Assembly (NCBI GenBank): GCA_016748015.1
Contig: JAAOMT010000495.1
Span: forward strand, 202,094 to 266,093
Origin: Geosiphon pyriformis uo1
Lineage: Eukaryota > Fungi > Glomeromycota
Length of the DNA: 64,000 nucleotides
Direction of reading: 5' to 3'
In this document: positions 1-13,260 of the stretch, piece by piece
How positions within the stretch are numbered: position 1 is the first letter of the stretch
How the letters are laid out: each line of letters starts with the position of its first letter
Notes under the pieces: generated by a model
Database searches by the model: none
What the model was told of the DNA's origin: nothing
Seen by the model: the letters and a program-made list of their open reading frames with translations, nothing else
Program-made: the position numbers and the translations under genes

Positions 1-185
1 AAATAATGTTGTTGTGTAGAAAATATTGTTTGGCTTGTTGTTGTAGTCAATGTTTTTCATTTGGAGACCAATCTGTTGGGATTGTTAATGTTTCCAAATA
101 TTGTTTGAGATCGTTGTAGTTTTCCAAATTCATTGTTTGTTGGCTCTTTTGGTTGGTTAAGTTGAGTGTTGGTTTTTGTGTTTTT

Positions 186-3100
186 CTAATCTTGTCTCAT
201 TTTGGAGAGACAGTCAACATTGGTGTGGAGTTTTCCTGGTTTGTGATGTACTATGTATTGATAGTTTGCTAGAAATCCTGTCCATCAGGTTTGTTTTGTA
301 TTCAGCTGAGTATTTTTGTACTGAAGCCATTTGAGTCTAATATTATCAGTGATAATATCGAATTCTTTAGGCCTGAGATAAAAGTTGAAATGGTGTAGGA
401 CCCAAATTATGGCTGCTGTTTCTAGTTCTGTGGCAGAGTAGTTTTTCTCAGCTGGTTTTAATGTTCTGCTAGTATAAGCAATTACTTGCTCATTTTCATT
501 GTCATCTAGTTGTGATAAGATGGCACCAAAGGCAGTATACAAAGCATCTGTAACTAGTCAAAATTGGTTGCTGAAATCTGGGTAAGTGAGAATTGGAGCT
601 GTTGTCAGTTTTTCCTTGAGAATTTCAAAAGCTTTTTGGTGTTCGGTAGTCCATTTGTATTCGACGTTTTTGGTGGTGAGCTGGTTAAGGGGTTTTGCAA
701 TTTCCGAGAATCCTTTGATAAACTTCCGATAATAGGATGCTAATCCTATGAATTCTCTTAGTTCTGTAGTGTTTTGAGGAGTTTTGAAATTTTTGACAAT
801 GCTGATTTTTCCAGGATCTGGTTTTATTCCATCTTTACTAATGATATGACCAAGAAAGGTCAGGCTTGTTTTCCCAAAATAGCATTTTTTGATATTGAGT
901 TTTAGTCCTGCTTTTCATAATCGTTGAAAAACTTCTTACAGGTGTTTTAAGTGTAATTCGAATAATGGAGAATAAACATCAGTATTGTCAAGATAAACGA
1001 CTACTGATTTCTAAAGAAGTCCTTGGTACACAACATCCATTAATCTCTGAAACATTGCTGGTGCATTGCATAATCCGAAAGGCATTACATTGAACTCGTA
1101 ATTTCTGCCTTGGGTGGTAAATGCTGTTTTGGGATGATCTTTGGGATCCATAGCAACTTGCCAGTAACCACTTTCTAAATCTAGTGTTAAAAAGTATTTG
1201 GATTTTCCAAGAGCATCTAACATGTCATCAATTCGGGGAAGGGGGTAAGTGTCTCCAATTATAATACTGTTGAGTTGTCGATAGTCAACACAAAATCGGA
1301 TCTTTCCATTTTTCTTTTTAACTAGCACTACAGGTGAAGCCCAAAGACTCATAGAGGGTTGGATGAGCCCATTGTTAAGCATTCGTTGTACTTCTTTTCA
1401 GATGAATTGGTGGCTTTCTGGAGCAATTCGATATGCTTGTTGTTTTCTTGGTTTGGCATCTCCTGTATAAATTTGGTGTTGGACCAAATTGGTTCTTCCT
1501 AAGTCATTGTTGTTTTCAACAAAGATATCAGCAAATTCTGCAATTAGCTCTTTGAGCTTGGTCTGTTGTTGTGGTTCAAGTTGTCCAATGTTGATTCAAG
1601 ATAGTTTTTCCATGGCAACATGGTAGTTTTTGGAGCTGGAGTTTGGATTGATTTTTGGTATTGAATGTCCAATGATTTCAGAGAAATCAGGGACTGTTTG
1701 GGGTAATTCTTGTTAAAATATATTACTGTGAATAACTCCAATTTCTAAATTATTTAATAAAATTATGGAGTAATTATTGGAGTTGTAAAAAGTAACTCAG
1801 ACTTTCTTTGTTCCTTCTGGAATATAAATGTTTGGGATCAAAATATTATGTTCCAAGCAGACTTGTTCATTGGACTCAAAAATTTGTTGTGTGGTTGTTG
1901 GCTTTGGGCAAGTGTAGATTTCTGGATGTTCTCCAAAGGGTGAGATGGTAATTGGTTGTGGAAGTCTGAGAATCTGGTGGAATTCATTATATATGTTAAG
2001 AGCTATATTAACTGGAACTGTGAATCGTTCAGTTGAACCAAAACCTTGGGTTTCTCTATCACTTTTTCCTAATTGTTCTCTTTGATTGACTAGTTGCAAA
2101 CTCGAAATGTTGATTAAGGATAGATAAATAGCTTGGGCAATTTTTTCAGCATGTTTGATCTTGAATGGTTTGTCAGTTTCATTTTGAAGCATTACTGTAA
2201 TGTCTCCAGTATATCCAGCATCAATTCTTCCTTCTCTGACATTGATTCCTTTGCTTGCCAGAGAGGACTGGGAGGTGATTTGAACCATTACTCCTGGCAG
2301 GATTTTGAGTGCAATTTTGAGATTGATTTTTGTGAGGGATTTGGGTTTGAGAACAAGAGTATTCTTGTCTGGATATCTTAGGTCATATCCAGCATTAATT
2401 TCGTGTATTTTTTTGGGTTTTATTCTGTGTTCATTGTTGTTGAAGTATTTAAGTTGTAAAGCAGACTGATTTTTGATAAGGTAGATAGGTGTTATTTCAA
2501 TTTCTTCCATTGCTTCAGGTTCTCCAAATTCAATTTCGTTCTCATCATTTTTGCTGGACAAGGGAATACTAAGAGCATAACATTCAGGACACCACTGTTC
2601 ATCACAAGGCATAATGCATTTTTTACATAGCCTAATGTTCATTTGCTCTAATCATTGAATTTGAGCTTCTTGGGTTGGGTAGGTGTGACTTGCAATTTGG
2701 TGGTAGACTTCTACTTTGTCTTCATAATTGAATCCAGCTAATTCCATGGTGTATTCAATGTATTCTGCTTCCTTCATTTGATGAATATTTTCTTTGGTAG
2801 CTCCATTAATTAATGCCATTGTTAGGTCGAAAATCATCTCAGCATCATGGGGGTAGTGATAAAGTTTATTGAGAGCACTGTTATATGCCACATTAAAGGG
2901 TGTTCCTCTTTTTACTTTTTCTGAAATTGATAAAGCATATTGGCAGGTCTGATCACAGACTCCTCCTCTCATGACTACATCAATCCAATTGCATTCTTCT
3001 GGTAGCATATCTCCACAAGTCAAACAAGGGGTGTTGTTCCATTTTCCACTCCTTTTTATTAGATGGCCCCATCATTCTCTGTGGCAAGCCTTGCAGTAAT

Positions 3101-5804
3101 AACAAGTATGATTTTTATATTCTTCTTCAAGTGAAATGCAGGCTCTCATTGATGATAGTTTCTTGTGGCAGTCCTTACATTTAAGAGGAATATAGGAGTG
3201 TTGTTTTCTTGGTTCAGGTTTTGAGTAAGGGATATTCTATCCAGAGGTTTTGAGTTCAGAGTGTGGGGTAAAATGTTCTTGTTCTGTTTCATCGGCCCAG
3301 TTGGACGTTGATCCAAAAGCCATGAATGTTTCAATGAGGGGTTTTTTCTCTTCCGGTTCGAGTTTAAAAGCTGGGGCTTTTTCAGAGCATTTGTTGAATG
3401 TATTACAAGTGGCAAGTACTCAGACGTGTTGTCCTTGGTAGGAGATTGTTAACTCTTGTGTTTTCCAATTCAGATTAGCATTGGCTTTTTGAAGCCAATC
3501 ATTTTTGATAAAAGCTTGATACTGGGGTGTATCCATTACAAGAACTTTGACTGAAATAGTGATTCCATCAAGAGTGAATGGAAAATTGTCAATTTCTCCT
3601 ACTGGGGTCTTTTTTATGCCATCAGCAGTAACGATTACTGTTTGAGCTGGTCGGTCGACATTTCTCTTCAACTGTTGCATTAACTGGTAGGTAATAATGC
3701 TTCCGGCGGATCCACTGTCTAGGATCAATCGAATTGTCTTTTCTTTGACTTCTGCTTTGGTGTATATAGCCATGATTGCTTTTTGTTCATTGGCAGTTAC
3801 ATTGCTAAGCAAAAATGGTGACTCATTTGCTTCGAACTCAAAAGGGAATATATCTGAAAGATTAGTGTTCTCAGCAATTCTAGCTGGTGGAATTATGGTA
3901 AGAGTATAGGAAGGGTTTTGTTGTTGTGCTGCAGCTCTACCTTCTGAGAGTGCAGTATGGTGAAAATCCTGTTCTTCTGGCATTGTTAAATAACTGAGTT
4001 GAGTATAGTGGTGGTTGGGTCTTGGTTGAGTGAAATTTCGGGGAACCAATTGGTTATTCAAACTGATTCTATTGTTGTTTACTTGGTATTAGTTTTGTGG
4101 TGTGAATTGATTTTGTGTAAGCAGTCTTCGAGCAGGTACTTGATAATGTTGTGTGAGTGGTTGTTGGTATTGCTGTTGGATTGGCTGTGAGGTGGGCTGA
4201 TAATAGTTATTTTGGTATTGGGTTCTTGGTGAATAGTAAGCTGGTGGTGGCGGTTAATAATAAGATTGCTATGGTGGAGGGTAACGTTGATTACTCCTAT
4301 TTTGTTGGTCTCGTTGTAGCTTTCTGCAATCTCTTTTCCAGTGGCCAGAGATTCCACAGTAATAGCAATTTTGAGACTGGTTATTAGAAAGTGGTGCAAA
4401 GTTATTTTGATTTTGTCTTTGGGGTGGTTGATATCTTTGGGGTTGCTGTTGTTGTTGATTGGTGAAATAGTTTTCAACCTTCTTTGTAAGTTGGTCAATT
4501 TTTTTCTCAGCTGCTAAGCTGGTTTCTCCAATTGCCAAATTTACAAGTTTTGTGCAATTGGCCTCTTCCATGGCCATTTCATATCTTTTCACATACTGTA
4601 TGGCAAAGTTTAAATCTTCTGGCGCATGTAAGCAAACCTTTTTAATTAGTTTATCTTTTAGACCAGCGATAAATTGATCCAAGATTTGAGCATCAAAGTA
4701 ATAATTGTTTGTTTCAAGTTGGCGAATTCGTCTGAGAAGTTTGTTGAATTTCCCAATATAAGTCATAACAGATTGGGAGGGTTCCTGTTTGATATTTCGA
4801 AAACGATTGCAAAGGGTGATGAAGGTATTATTGTCGGTGAACTGTTCAAGGAAAGCTGCTTTGAAAGCATTCCAATCATTGAATGAGGCGGCCAAGTTTT
4901 CAAACCATTCTTCTGCTGTTTCTTTGAGAAAGTAGGGAATTGTTCTTAACATTCTGGCAGCATTCCATCTATTTGCATCTCCTGCTTTAGTAACTTGGTC
5001 AAGCCATTCTTGGGGACTGGTCTCAATATCTTCTCTATTGAATTCAGGAATTTTTGTGATGTATGTTGTCATTTCGTCTTCTTCATTTTCACTGTCTATT
5101 GATTTTTCTTCAGTTATTTCAAAGTTGTTTTCTTTGTTTGCTGCTGTCTCAGAGTATTCACTTTGATTTTCAGCTAGAAAATTAAGGAGACTAGAACTAG
5201 TTTGAAGGGGTTCTTGTTGTCTGGTGGGACTTCTGAGTGATGTAAAATCTTCTGGTCTTACAAATCGATTCAAGGGTGAATTAGGCGTTTGTGCTTGTGT
5301 AAGTGAAGCTGGAAAAGATGTGATAATAAGTGGAAGTTTTGAACTGGTTCCTTGTTCAGGTGTTTGTAAATGGTTGGCAGTTGTTTTTGGTAGTGTTGGA
5401 GTATTTGGGGTGGTTTTTAAGTATTGCTTCAATTTGTTTTTGCCTTTGTTGTTTGTTTCTGTTTCCGATTCAAAATCAATAGTGTATTGAGACTGTACTG
5501 AATATGTTTCTTCACAGTATTTGATAATGTTAAAATTAAGTTTGTGAAAGTAAGTGGCAAGTGTTTCACTGTTAAGGTCTTTAGTTCCCAACTGTGAATA
5601 GTGTGCTAAATTATTGTAAAGGTTGCTTCTAACTTCTGAGATATTGTAATTTCCAAAAAGATAATTGTTGATGCAGTTTTCAATATATTGGTATACTGAT
5701 TTCTTGACAATTTCAATTCCATCTGGAATGTTGAATCTTTGCTTGCAGTGGATGTAAATTGATTGGTAATACTTTAAAGTTGTTGTGTCTGGTGTGGTCA
5801 CCAC
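186..5804 (-). pseudogene. A1 ORF1: Gag-PR-Cys-rich-dUTPase-RT-RNaseH polyprotein (~1870 codons) with in-frame stops
   Basis: ORF-track pieces starting at 5804, 4061, 3023, 2642, 1382 and 542 are all in one frame, separated by transition-type stops; ends ...MRQD-TAG at 188-186. Confidence 0.9.
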
Positions 5805-5849
5805 TTTAAAGTTGTTTTTGCTGTGTTGTTTCCATGGGAGAGCACCAAA

Positions 5850-6830
5850 TGTTACCAGAGGTTTTTTGTCTTTTTTCTTGAATGTTGTAACTGTCTATTG
5901 GTTGTAAATTCACGTTTTCTAAAAGTAGTTAAACCTCCAATAACTGAATTTATCTTCAAATTATCTCCTATAATTTGAACTGCTGGGCTTATAAGTGGAA
6001 TAGCCAATTCCATACCAGTTGCTTTGTGTAGTTATGTTGTAATAAATGTCAACTCTTTCCCAAGAATTGCCCATCTGGAAGCTTACTAAAATGTGTAGTT
6101 ACTTTGCTGTGAAAGTCAACTTTTCTACAGGAATCTTGTCTGTAGATTACTCTAATAATTATGATAAGAAAATAAAAGAAATGTAAAAGAAATGTAAAAG
6201 AAATAGAATTTTTGTCAAGAGAAACGTTTTCTATCTAGGCCTGAAGTCACTAACAGTTTACTAAAATTGGTAGCTAATCAATTTCAAAATGTTAGTTGGG
6301 TTCTTGGGGATTTTCCAAGTGCAAATAATTAAAGAATTTGGTTTTTCGAATTATTTAATATTTATTTCTTTTTGTGTGTGTAGGAATGGTTCTAAGTGAT
6401 AAAACTAATGTAAGATACATTTTCTTGAAGAGAGAAGCTCTTCTTTTATACAACTTGTCGTAACACTATTCTATGAACTTAAACTTTGCTATTTTCTACA
6501 ATTTCACTAAACTAAAGATACATTTTGGCAAACTACAAGTTATTTCTGCGAACTATTAGATATTTCGGTGAACTATCAGTTATTTCGGCAAATTTCTATA
6601 AATTTTGGCGAACTTTTGAATGTTACATAGTTTGGGGTATTGCATAATTGATCATCGCAATTAGGTTACATTTGTGTTGTGTACAATTTGGTTTATTAAT
6701 TAAATGATAATTTCGAACATTTTTGCTAATGTAATAAGTGATAATTTGAAATGATAATATCTGCTAATTAATGATAGGAATTATAAGATAGTTTCATGCT
6801 AAATGATATTTCTAATTTTGTCTGGTAACA
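5850..6830 (-). repeat. A1 5' LTR (~981 bp)
   Basis: 6-bp terminal inverted repeat TGTTAC/GTAACA; near-identical to 38070-39051 and 41239-42220; followed by PBS TTTGGTGCTCTCCCATGG. Confidence 0.95.
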
Positions 6831-9800
6831 ATGTGTTTGGTTTAATAATTATAATTGGTTCTAGATCTCGTGAAATCTCATTTGGTTTAACTAGTATTCT
6901 CTGTACTCCTAATTGTGGAATATTACTGGTAGATAGTATTGTTATACTGTGGTATGGCTTCAATCAATCTCTATGTGCTGCTTTGGTTAAGATTTTGTTG
7001 TTCAACCTTAATTTATAAGCTCTATTTCTAAGAATTTCTTCTATGTAAAATGGTCCATCCTATTTGGGATCAAATTTTCCACTTTATTGTTTTTCCATTT
7101 TGGTATGATATAGAAGTACTTTGTCTCCAATTTTGAATTCAACTGGTTTCTCTGGTAGTTGATTATTATGTCTTTTTTTTGTTTTTCTTGTGACTTTTAG
7201 ATGTTATTAGCTGCTCTTCGTCATGTGTTTTCTAATGTCTCCATCAAATCATATGTTCTTTTCAACAATGTTCTTTAAAAATTCTCTTCTGTTATTGGTT
7301 TTGTTGGATATGTTTTGACTTCTATCTCAACTGGTAATGTTGCTGTTTTACTGTATACTAATTCAAATGATGTTGCTTGTATAGTGTTTTGCTTCATTGT
7401 TTGATAAGCAAATAATACTAATGATATAATCAAGTCTTATTCATTCTGGTTTTCTTGGCTGATTTTGGCAATGGCTTCACACAATGTTCAATTAAACCTT
7501 TTAACTAATCTATTTGTTTGTAGATGGTATGGTGATGATAATGGTCTTTTTATCCCAAATTTTTGACTTAATTTGCCAATGTTCTATTCACAAAGTGAGT
7601 TCTTTAATCTAATAATAGTTCTTTTGAACATCTGTGTCAACAAATCAAATCTTGATGGACAAATTTGGCAACAGATTCTACATCTACTCTTTGAATGGCT
7701 TTTGCTTCTGGTCATTTTGTAAGATAGTCTATGGCTACTGCAATATATCTGTTGCCTCTGCTGGTGATCATTAATGGTCTGACTAAGTCAATTCCAATAT
7801 AATTAAATGATTGTTTCACTTTGATTGGTCTCAATGCTTCACTGGGTTTTGTTCCTCTTTTTCTCTGACAAGCATCACAATTTTAAACATATTGGGTAAT
7901 ATCTGGATACATTGATGGCCAATAGTATTTTTTTCTGGTTTTTTCTATTGTTGCTTTTTTATGAAAATATTCTGCTGTTAGATCTAAGTGCATGTTAAAC
8001 AATATTGTTTTCTTCTCTGATTCCTTAATTACTCTAGTTGGTTGATTTGAATTCTTTCTGTTTTTCCAGTAAAATATATTTTAGTGATTGATAAAATATT
8101 TTAATTGTTGTTTTATGTTGTTTTGTTCTTTTTGAGATAATTTCTCCTTGAATAATTGGGTATTTAGATAATGTTGGAATTATTGGTAATTTTGTATATT
8201 CATTTTTTGTTATATTTTTGGGTTGAAATGTTTTTAGATTTGTCTCATTCATGACAAACTGTTGGCATTTCTATTGTTTTTTCTTTTTTTATAATGTACT
8301 ATTAACATATATGATAATAATGCTATTTTTTATCTTGCATGACAATCATCTCCAAATTCTTGATTCTGGATTGACGTCAATCCTTTGTGATTCATATATA
8401 TTTCAAACTTTTGGCTCAAGTATTTTTTCCATTTCATGACTGTCCAATAGATTGCTAAGTGTTCCAATACTGGTGTTCTATAGTTCTTTTCTGCTGGATT
8501 CAAGCTTCAGCTGGTGTATGCTACTGGATGTTCTCTTTCATTCAGTTTTTTTTGTGATAGTACTGCTTCCAATGCTTGGCTTAATGCATCTGTAGTAATG
8601 ATGAATGGTTTACTGTGGTCTGGATAGATCAGTACTAGAGCTTAAATAAGTTTTCTTCTCAGTGTATCAAATGCTTCTTGTTGAGTTTCTGTTCATTCAT
8701 ATTTCACATTTTTGGTTTGTAGATGATAAAATGGTTGAGCCAATTTAGAAAAGTTCTTGATAAAATGACAATAATAGCCTGCAAATCCTAAAAATGCTCT
8801 TAGTTCCATTAAATTGGTTGGTACTGGAAAGTTTTTTACTATTGCAATCTTATCTGAATCTGTCTTGATGCCATTTTTGCTCATTACATGTCTCAAGAAC
8901 TTGAGTTCTGTTTTTCCAAAGAAACATTTGTTTGCATTTAGTTTCAATCCTGCTCATCTGAGTCTTTCAAATACTTGTTAGAGATAATGTAGATGATCAT
9001 TAAATGTTTTTGAGAACACATTTGTGTTATCTAAGTAAACAACTACTGATTTTCACAGTAGTCCAGTATAGACAATTTTCATGAGCTGTTGAAATGTTGC
9101 TGGAGCATTTATCAAGCCAAATGGCATGACTTCAAACTCAAAATTTCTCTTTTTTGTGGTAAATGCTGTTTTTTCTTTGTTGGCTGGATCTATGGCTATT
9201 TGCCAGTAACTACTATCTAAATCCAGTGTTGAGAATCATTTATTTTCTCCAAAAGCATTAAATAATTCTTGGATCTTTGGAGTTGTATAGCTATCATCTT
9301 TAGTTACTCTATTCAGTTTTCAATAATCCACACAAAAATGGATTTTTCCATTTTTCTTCTGGACTAGTACCACTGGTAATGACCATAGGCTTATTGATAG
9401 CTGAATTAGCCCGTTGTCAAGCATTTGGTTGATTTCTTAATGAATGATCTTATGGCTGGCTGGTAATACTTTATATGTTCTTTGTTTTATTGGTATTGCA
9501 TCTCCAGTCTTGATCTGGTGCTGGATTATGTTAGTTCTGCCAAATTCATCTTCATTGGCAAAGATGTCATTGAAATTTTTGAGTAATATCTTGAGTTGCA
9601 TCTGTTGAAATGGGTCTAAGTTTCTCAAATTCATCTGTTTTAATTGTTTTGGTTTGAGCAGATAACATTTGCTTTGTCCATAAATGGTTTGTGATATAAT
9701 ATTCACATATCCACAAAGCTGTGGAAAATTTGGAATGTAGTTTGGTGGTTGATCCTTAACTTTAGTGGTTAAGTATCCAATGATGATTCCTTTTGGTATC

Positions 9801-11420
9801 TCAATGACATTTCCAGTTGTGTTATAGATGAGAATTTTAATGTTTTTGGGGCTTTTGGCTGATATGTAAAAATTAGTAAGTCTAATCTTTCCTGATTCAC
9901 AGATGGTGGCTTCTGCTTCAAACAACTGAGCTTGATTCTTTACTTCTCTTTTTATGGTTATTATATACTGATAATATAGTGGAATGGAAATTGATTGATG
10001 AGTGGAGATAATTTCTTTCTTGTCAACAATTTTTTTCTCTGCCATATTAACTGGTACATCTATTCTACCTGTGGATTCAAAACCCTATATCTCTCTAGCT
10101 GTGATTCCTAATTCTTTCCTGTTTTCTACTGATACTAACTGAGCTATTTTCACCAGAGGTAGGAATATTGCTTGTGTTATCTTTTTATTTGGATCTATAA
10201 TATATGTCTTTTTCGAATTATTTTGTAGCATAGCAATGATATTTCCTATGTATCTCGCATTAATTATTTCTTCTCTAATGTTGATTCCCTTTTTTGCTAA
10301 ACTACTTCTAGATACTAGTTGAACCATAATTGTTGCTGGGATTTCTAATGCTATTTTGAGATCAATGCAGGTATGTAAATGGGGTTTTAATTTAATAGGA
10401 TTTTTTTCCAAATATCTCAGATCAAACTCTGTATTGGTATTATGTACACGTTCTGGCATGATACCTTTATTATTATCACTGAACCATTTAAGTTCCTGTT
10501 CTTTGGTGAGATTAGAGAGTGTAATGTAGGTTTCAGAGTTTGAATTTGAGTCTGAATTGTTGTTATTTTTATTGCTATATTAAGCAAAACTGGAACCATT
10601 GTTTTTGTCATTATTATTATCAGAGTTTGAATCGGGATTGAAAATCAATTCCAATTCTAATATGTAGCTGCTGATTGGTTTTTCCTCTTCTGGAATTGTG
10701 TAGATCATGCATGGTGGTAGATTGTAAATGAGATTACACTCATTACAATATTGGAAGTCACAGAGAATTAAGCAATGTTGACATAATTGAGTATTCAACT
10801 GTTCTAAGCATTGCTTCTGCTCTTCTTTAGTGGGTGCTAAGTTTTGATAATGTTTATGGAATTCTTCTGGACCTGTTTCAATATCCAAGAATGCTTCTGG
10901 ATTGGAGATCAAAACAATGTTGACTGGTTCTGATGGGTTGTTCTTAATCTCTAAGATTTTGCTGGATGTGACTCTTTTGACTTTGGCATTAGTCATACAT
11001 CAGATCTCATTCTTGTTGTGTGGATACTCATTCAAGTGATTGATTGTTCAGTGCCAGACTGCAGTAATAGGCATTCTAAAATTTACCCAGTCACTAATGA
11101 GGATTGTGTATTGGCACGAAGCATTGCACATTCTTTTTTATCCAGAAATGTTATTCCACATTCCTTTATTGAGCAACTGTTCGCCGCAAGCAAGACATGG
11201 TTTATTGTCCCACTTTTCTTGACATTTTGGGTACTTGTATCATTCTCTATGGCATGGCTTACAGTAATAATGTGTGCATGTCCAGTAGTCTTTGTTTGGC
11301 ACTATTTAAGCTTCTATAAAAGAGAGTTTTTTTCCATAGTCTTTGTATTTAAGAGGTATGTATGGTGGTTGTGGCAGTGGCTTGTAAATGAGTATGAATT
11401 TGTCCAGCCACTGTTTATTT
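6831..11420 (-). mobile_element. Copy B2, 3' half (Cys-rich, dUTPase, RT, RNase H, integrase); decayed
   Basis: dUTPase SRSSLAKKGINI (10085-10459); RT/RH pieces; stop MRQI-TAA at 8236-8234; integrase from ATG 8203 to 6831; collinear with 43460-48087. Confidence 0.9.
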
Positions 11421-12343
11421 GGTTGGCTTCAGACTTAGCAGATTCAAAATCTTTGGCATAGGTAACTGTGTTTTGAAGGATGCTTGGATGTAATAGACAT
11501 ACATATTGCAAGATGCTGCTATGCAGACCATGGATAAACTGGTTAAGAATCTGTGGCACTGTAAAATAGTTGGCATCAATTGCTTGGATTTGGCACAGAT
11601 TTCTATGAAAGCATCCCAAGTAAGTGGTGACTGCTTCTGTTTCTCCTTGCTTTATGGTGCTGAATATATTGGCTAACCAGTTGATACTGTTATTGTTGCT
11701 GAAGTATCTTAAAAATTTCACTTTAAAGGCATTGAAGTCTTGTGGTTTATTAATCAAACTCTGATACCACGAATTGGTAGTATCTTTAAGAAAGTAGGGA
11801 ATGGCTTGCATTGCTTGAGCATTATTCCATCCATTGGCTGCAATGGCTTTTTCCATATCATTCAGCTATACTTGGACATTGTCTTCTTCGCTGGTAAAAT
11901 TGTCAAGTTTTGCGATTAGTGTGTAGGCCATTAGATCTAAGTTGGGTTGTTGTGGTGGTTGTTGAAGTGATTGTTGTTGCATGGGTTGTTGGAGTAGTAG
12001 TTGAAGTGATGGTGGTATAAGTTCAGCTATTGGATTAATCAGTGGTTGATTGATGACGATTACCAGAGGTAAGTTTGGTTGATTAATTAGATTGGGGTTT
12101 TGATTATCTTGAGTTGGCAGTGTCTGAATATTCAAAGTGTTGATTTCCGGATTTTCTGGATTTAGATTTTGCTGGGTTTGAAGATTCAGGGTTTCCAATT
12201 TTGGGTTTTCTAGGATTGGGTTTTGGTAAGTGAATTCTTAATTCTCAGATTCTTTTTCTTCTTTCTTTTCATGTTCTCCTTCCAATTCAGTAATTTCCCA
12301 CAGACTTGCTGTTCCGAAATCTGGTTGAGGTGGCAGTGATTGG
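11420..12343 (-). mobile_element. Copy B3 gag capsid segment, distal to the A2 insertion
   Basis: MAYTLIAKLDNF...ANGWNNAQAMQAIPYFL...ESAKSEAN; rejoins 22090+ in frame once A2 and one 4-bp TSD copy are removed. Confidence 0.88.
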
Positions 12344-13215
12344 TATTACCAGTAGAATTTTAGTTATTAATTAACATGAAATTACCCATATAATTCCTAT
12401 AATTTATTATTATATTAATATCATTTCAAATTATCATTTATTATTTAATCAATTATCACATATCACGATTCAATTAAAATAATCTAATTAGTATAACAAA
12501 AAATAGGATGATCAAATTACACAATACCCTGAACTTTGTAACATTCAAAAATTCGCCAAAATTTACAGAAATTTGCCGAAATTATGAATAGTTCACCCAA
12601 ATTAATCAATAGTTCAGCGAAATAACTTGTAGTTCATTAAAATGTATCTTTAGTTTGCCGAAATTTGAGCAAAGAGAAAAAGTGCAAGTTCATAGACTAG
12701 TACTACAACAAGTTGTATAAAAGAAAAGCTTTTCTCTTCTGAAAAATGTATCTTACTTTAGATTTATCTCTTAAAACCATTCCTATACACACAAAAAGAA
12801 ATAAATATTAAATAATTCGAAANNNNNNNNNNNNNNNNNNNNTCCCTTGACAGAATTCTATTTCTTTTACATTTTTTTTATTTTTCTTTTATTTTCTTAT
12901 TACAATCATTAGGGTAGCCTACAGATGAGATTCCTGTAGAAGAGTTGACTTTCACAACAAAGTAACTACATATTTTTAGTGAGCTTCCAGATGAGCAATT
13001 CCTGGGAAAGAGTTGACGTTTACTACAACGTAACTACATAAAGTAACTGGCAAAGAATTGGCCATTCCACTTATAAGCCCAGCAGTTCAAATTATAAGAG
13101 ATAATTTGAAGATAAATTCAGTTATTGGAGGTTCAACCACATCCAGAAAACGTGAATTTACAACAAACAGGCATCAACAACATTTAAAAAAAGAGACCAA
13201 AAACCTCTGGTAACA
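12344..13215 (+). repeat. A2 5' LTR (contains an assembly gap)
   Basis: TATTACCAG (TG mutated to TA)...GGTAACA; matches 21116-22089. Confidence 0.93.
12823..12842. other. Assembly gap (20 N)
   Basis: Run of N; comparison with the 3' LTR suggests about 120 bp are missing. Confidence 0.98.
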
Positions 13216-13233
13216 TTTGGTGCTCTCCTATGG
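13216..13233 (+). promoter_or_regulatory. Primer binding site of A2 (tRNA identity not determined)
   Basis: TTTGGTGCTCTCC directly after LTR ...CA; the same TGGTGCTC core follows all five 5' LTRs. Confidence 0.85.
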
Positions 13234-13260
13234 AAATAACATAGCAACAACAAATTCAAA

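Larger units (their letters stand above)
1..6830 (-). mobile_element. Ty3/gypsy LTR retrotransposon copy A1 (3' part runs off the window), inserted at the end of the B2 integrase
   Basis: 5' LTR 5850-6830 (TGTTAC...GTAACA); PBS at 5832-5849; Gag knuckle CYYCGISGHWKRDC; protease LILDSGS; dUTPase; RT LPRIDD/YLDN; RNase H; integrase N-terminus at 133->1. Confidence 0.95.

Noticed and set aside
12823-12842. Assembly gap as the cause of the inversion
   Set aside because: A2 LTR sequence and its TSD are consistent across the gap; the breakpoints lie elsewhere in called sequence
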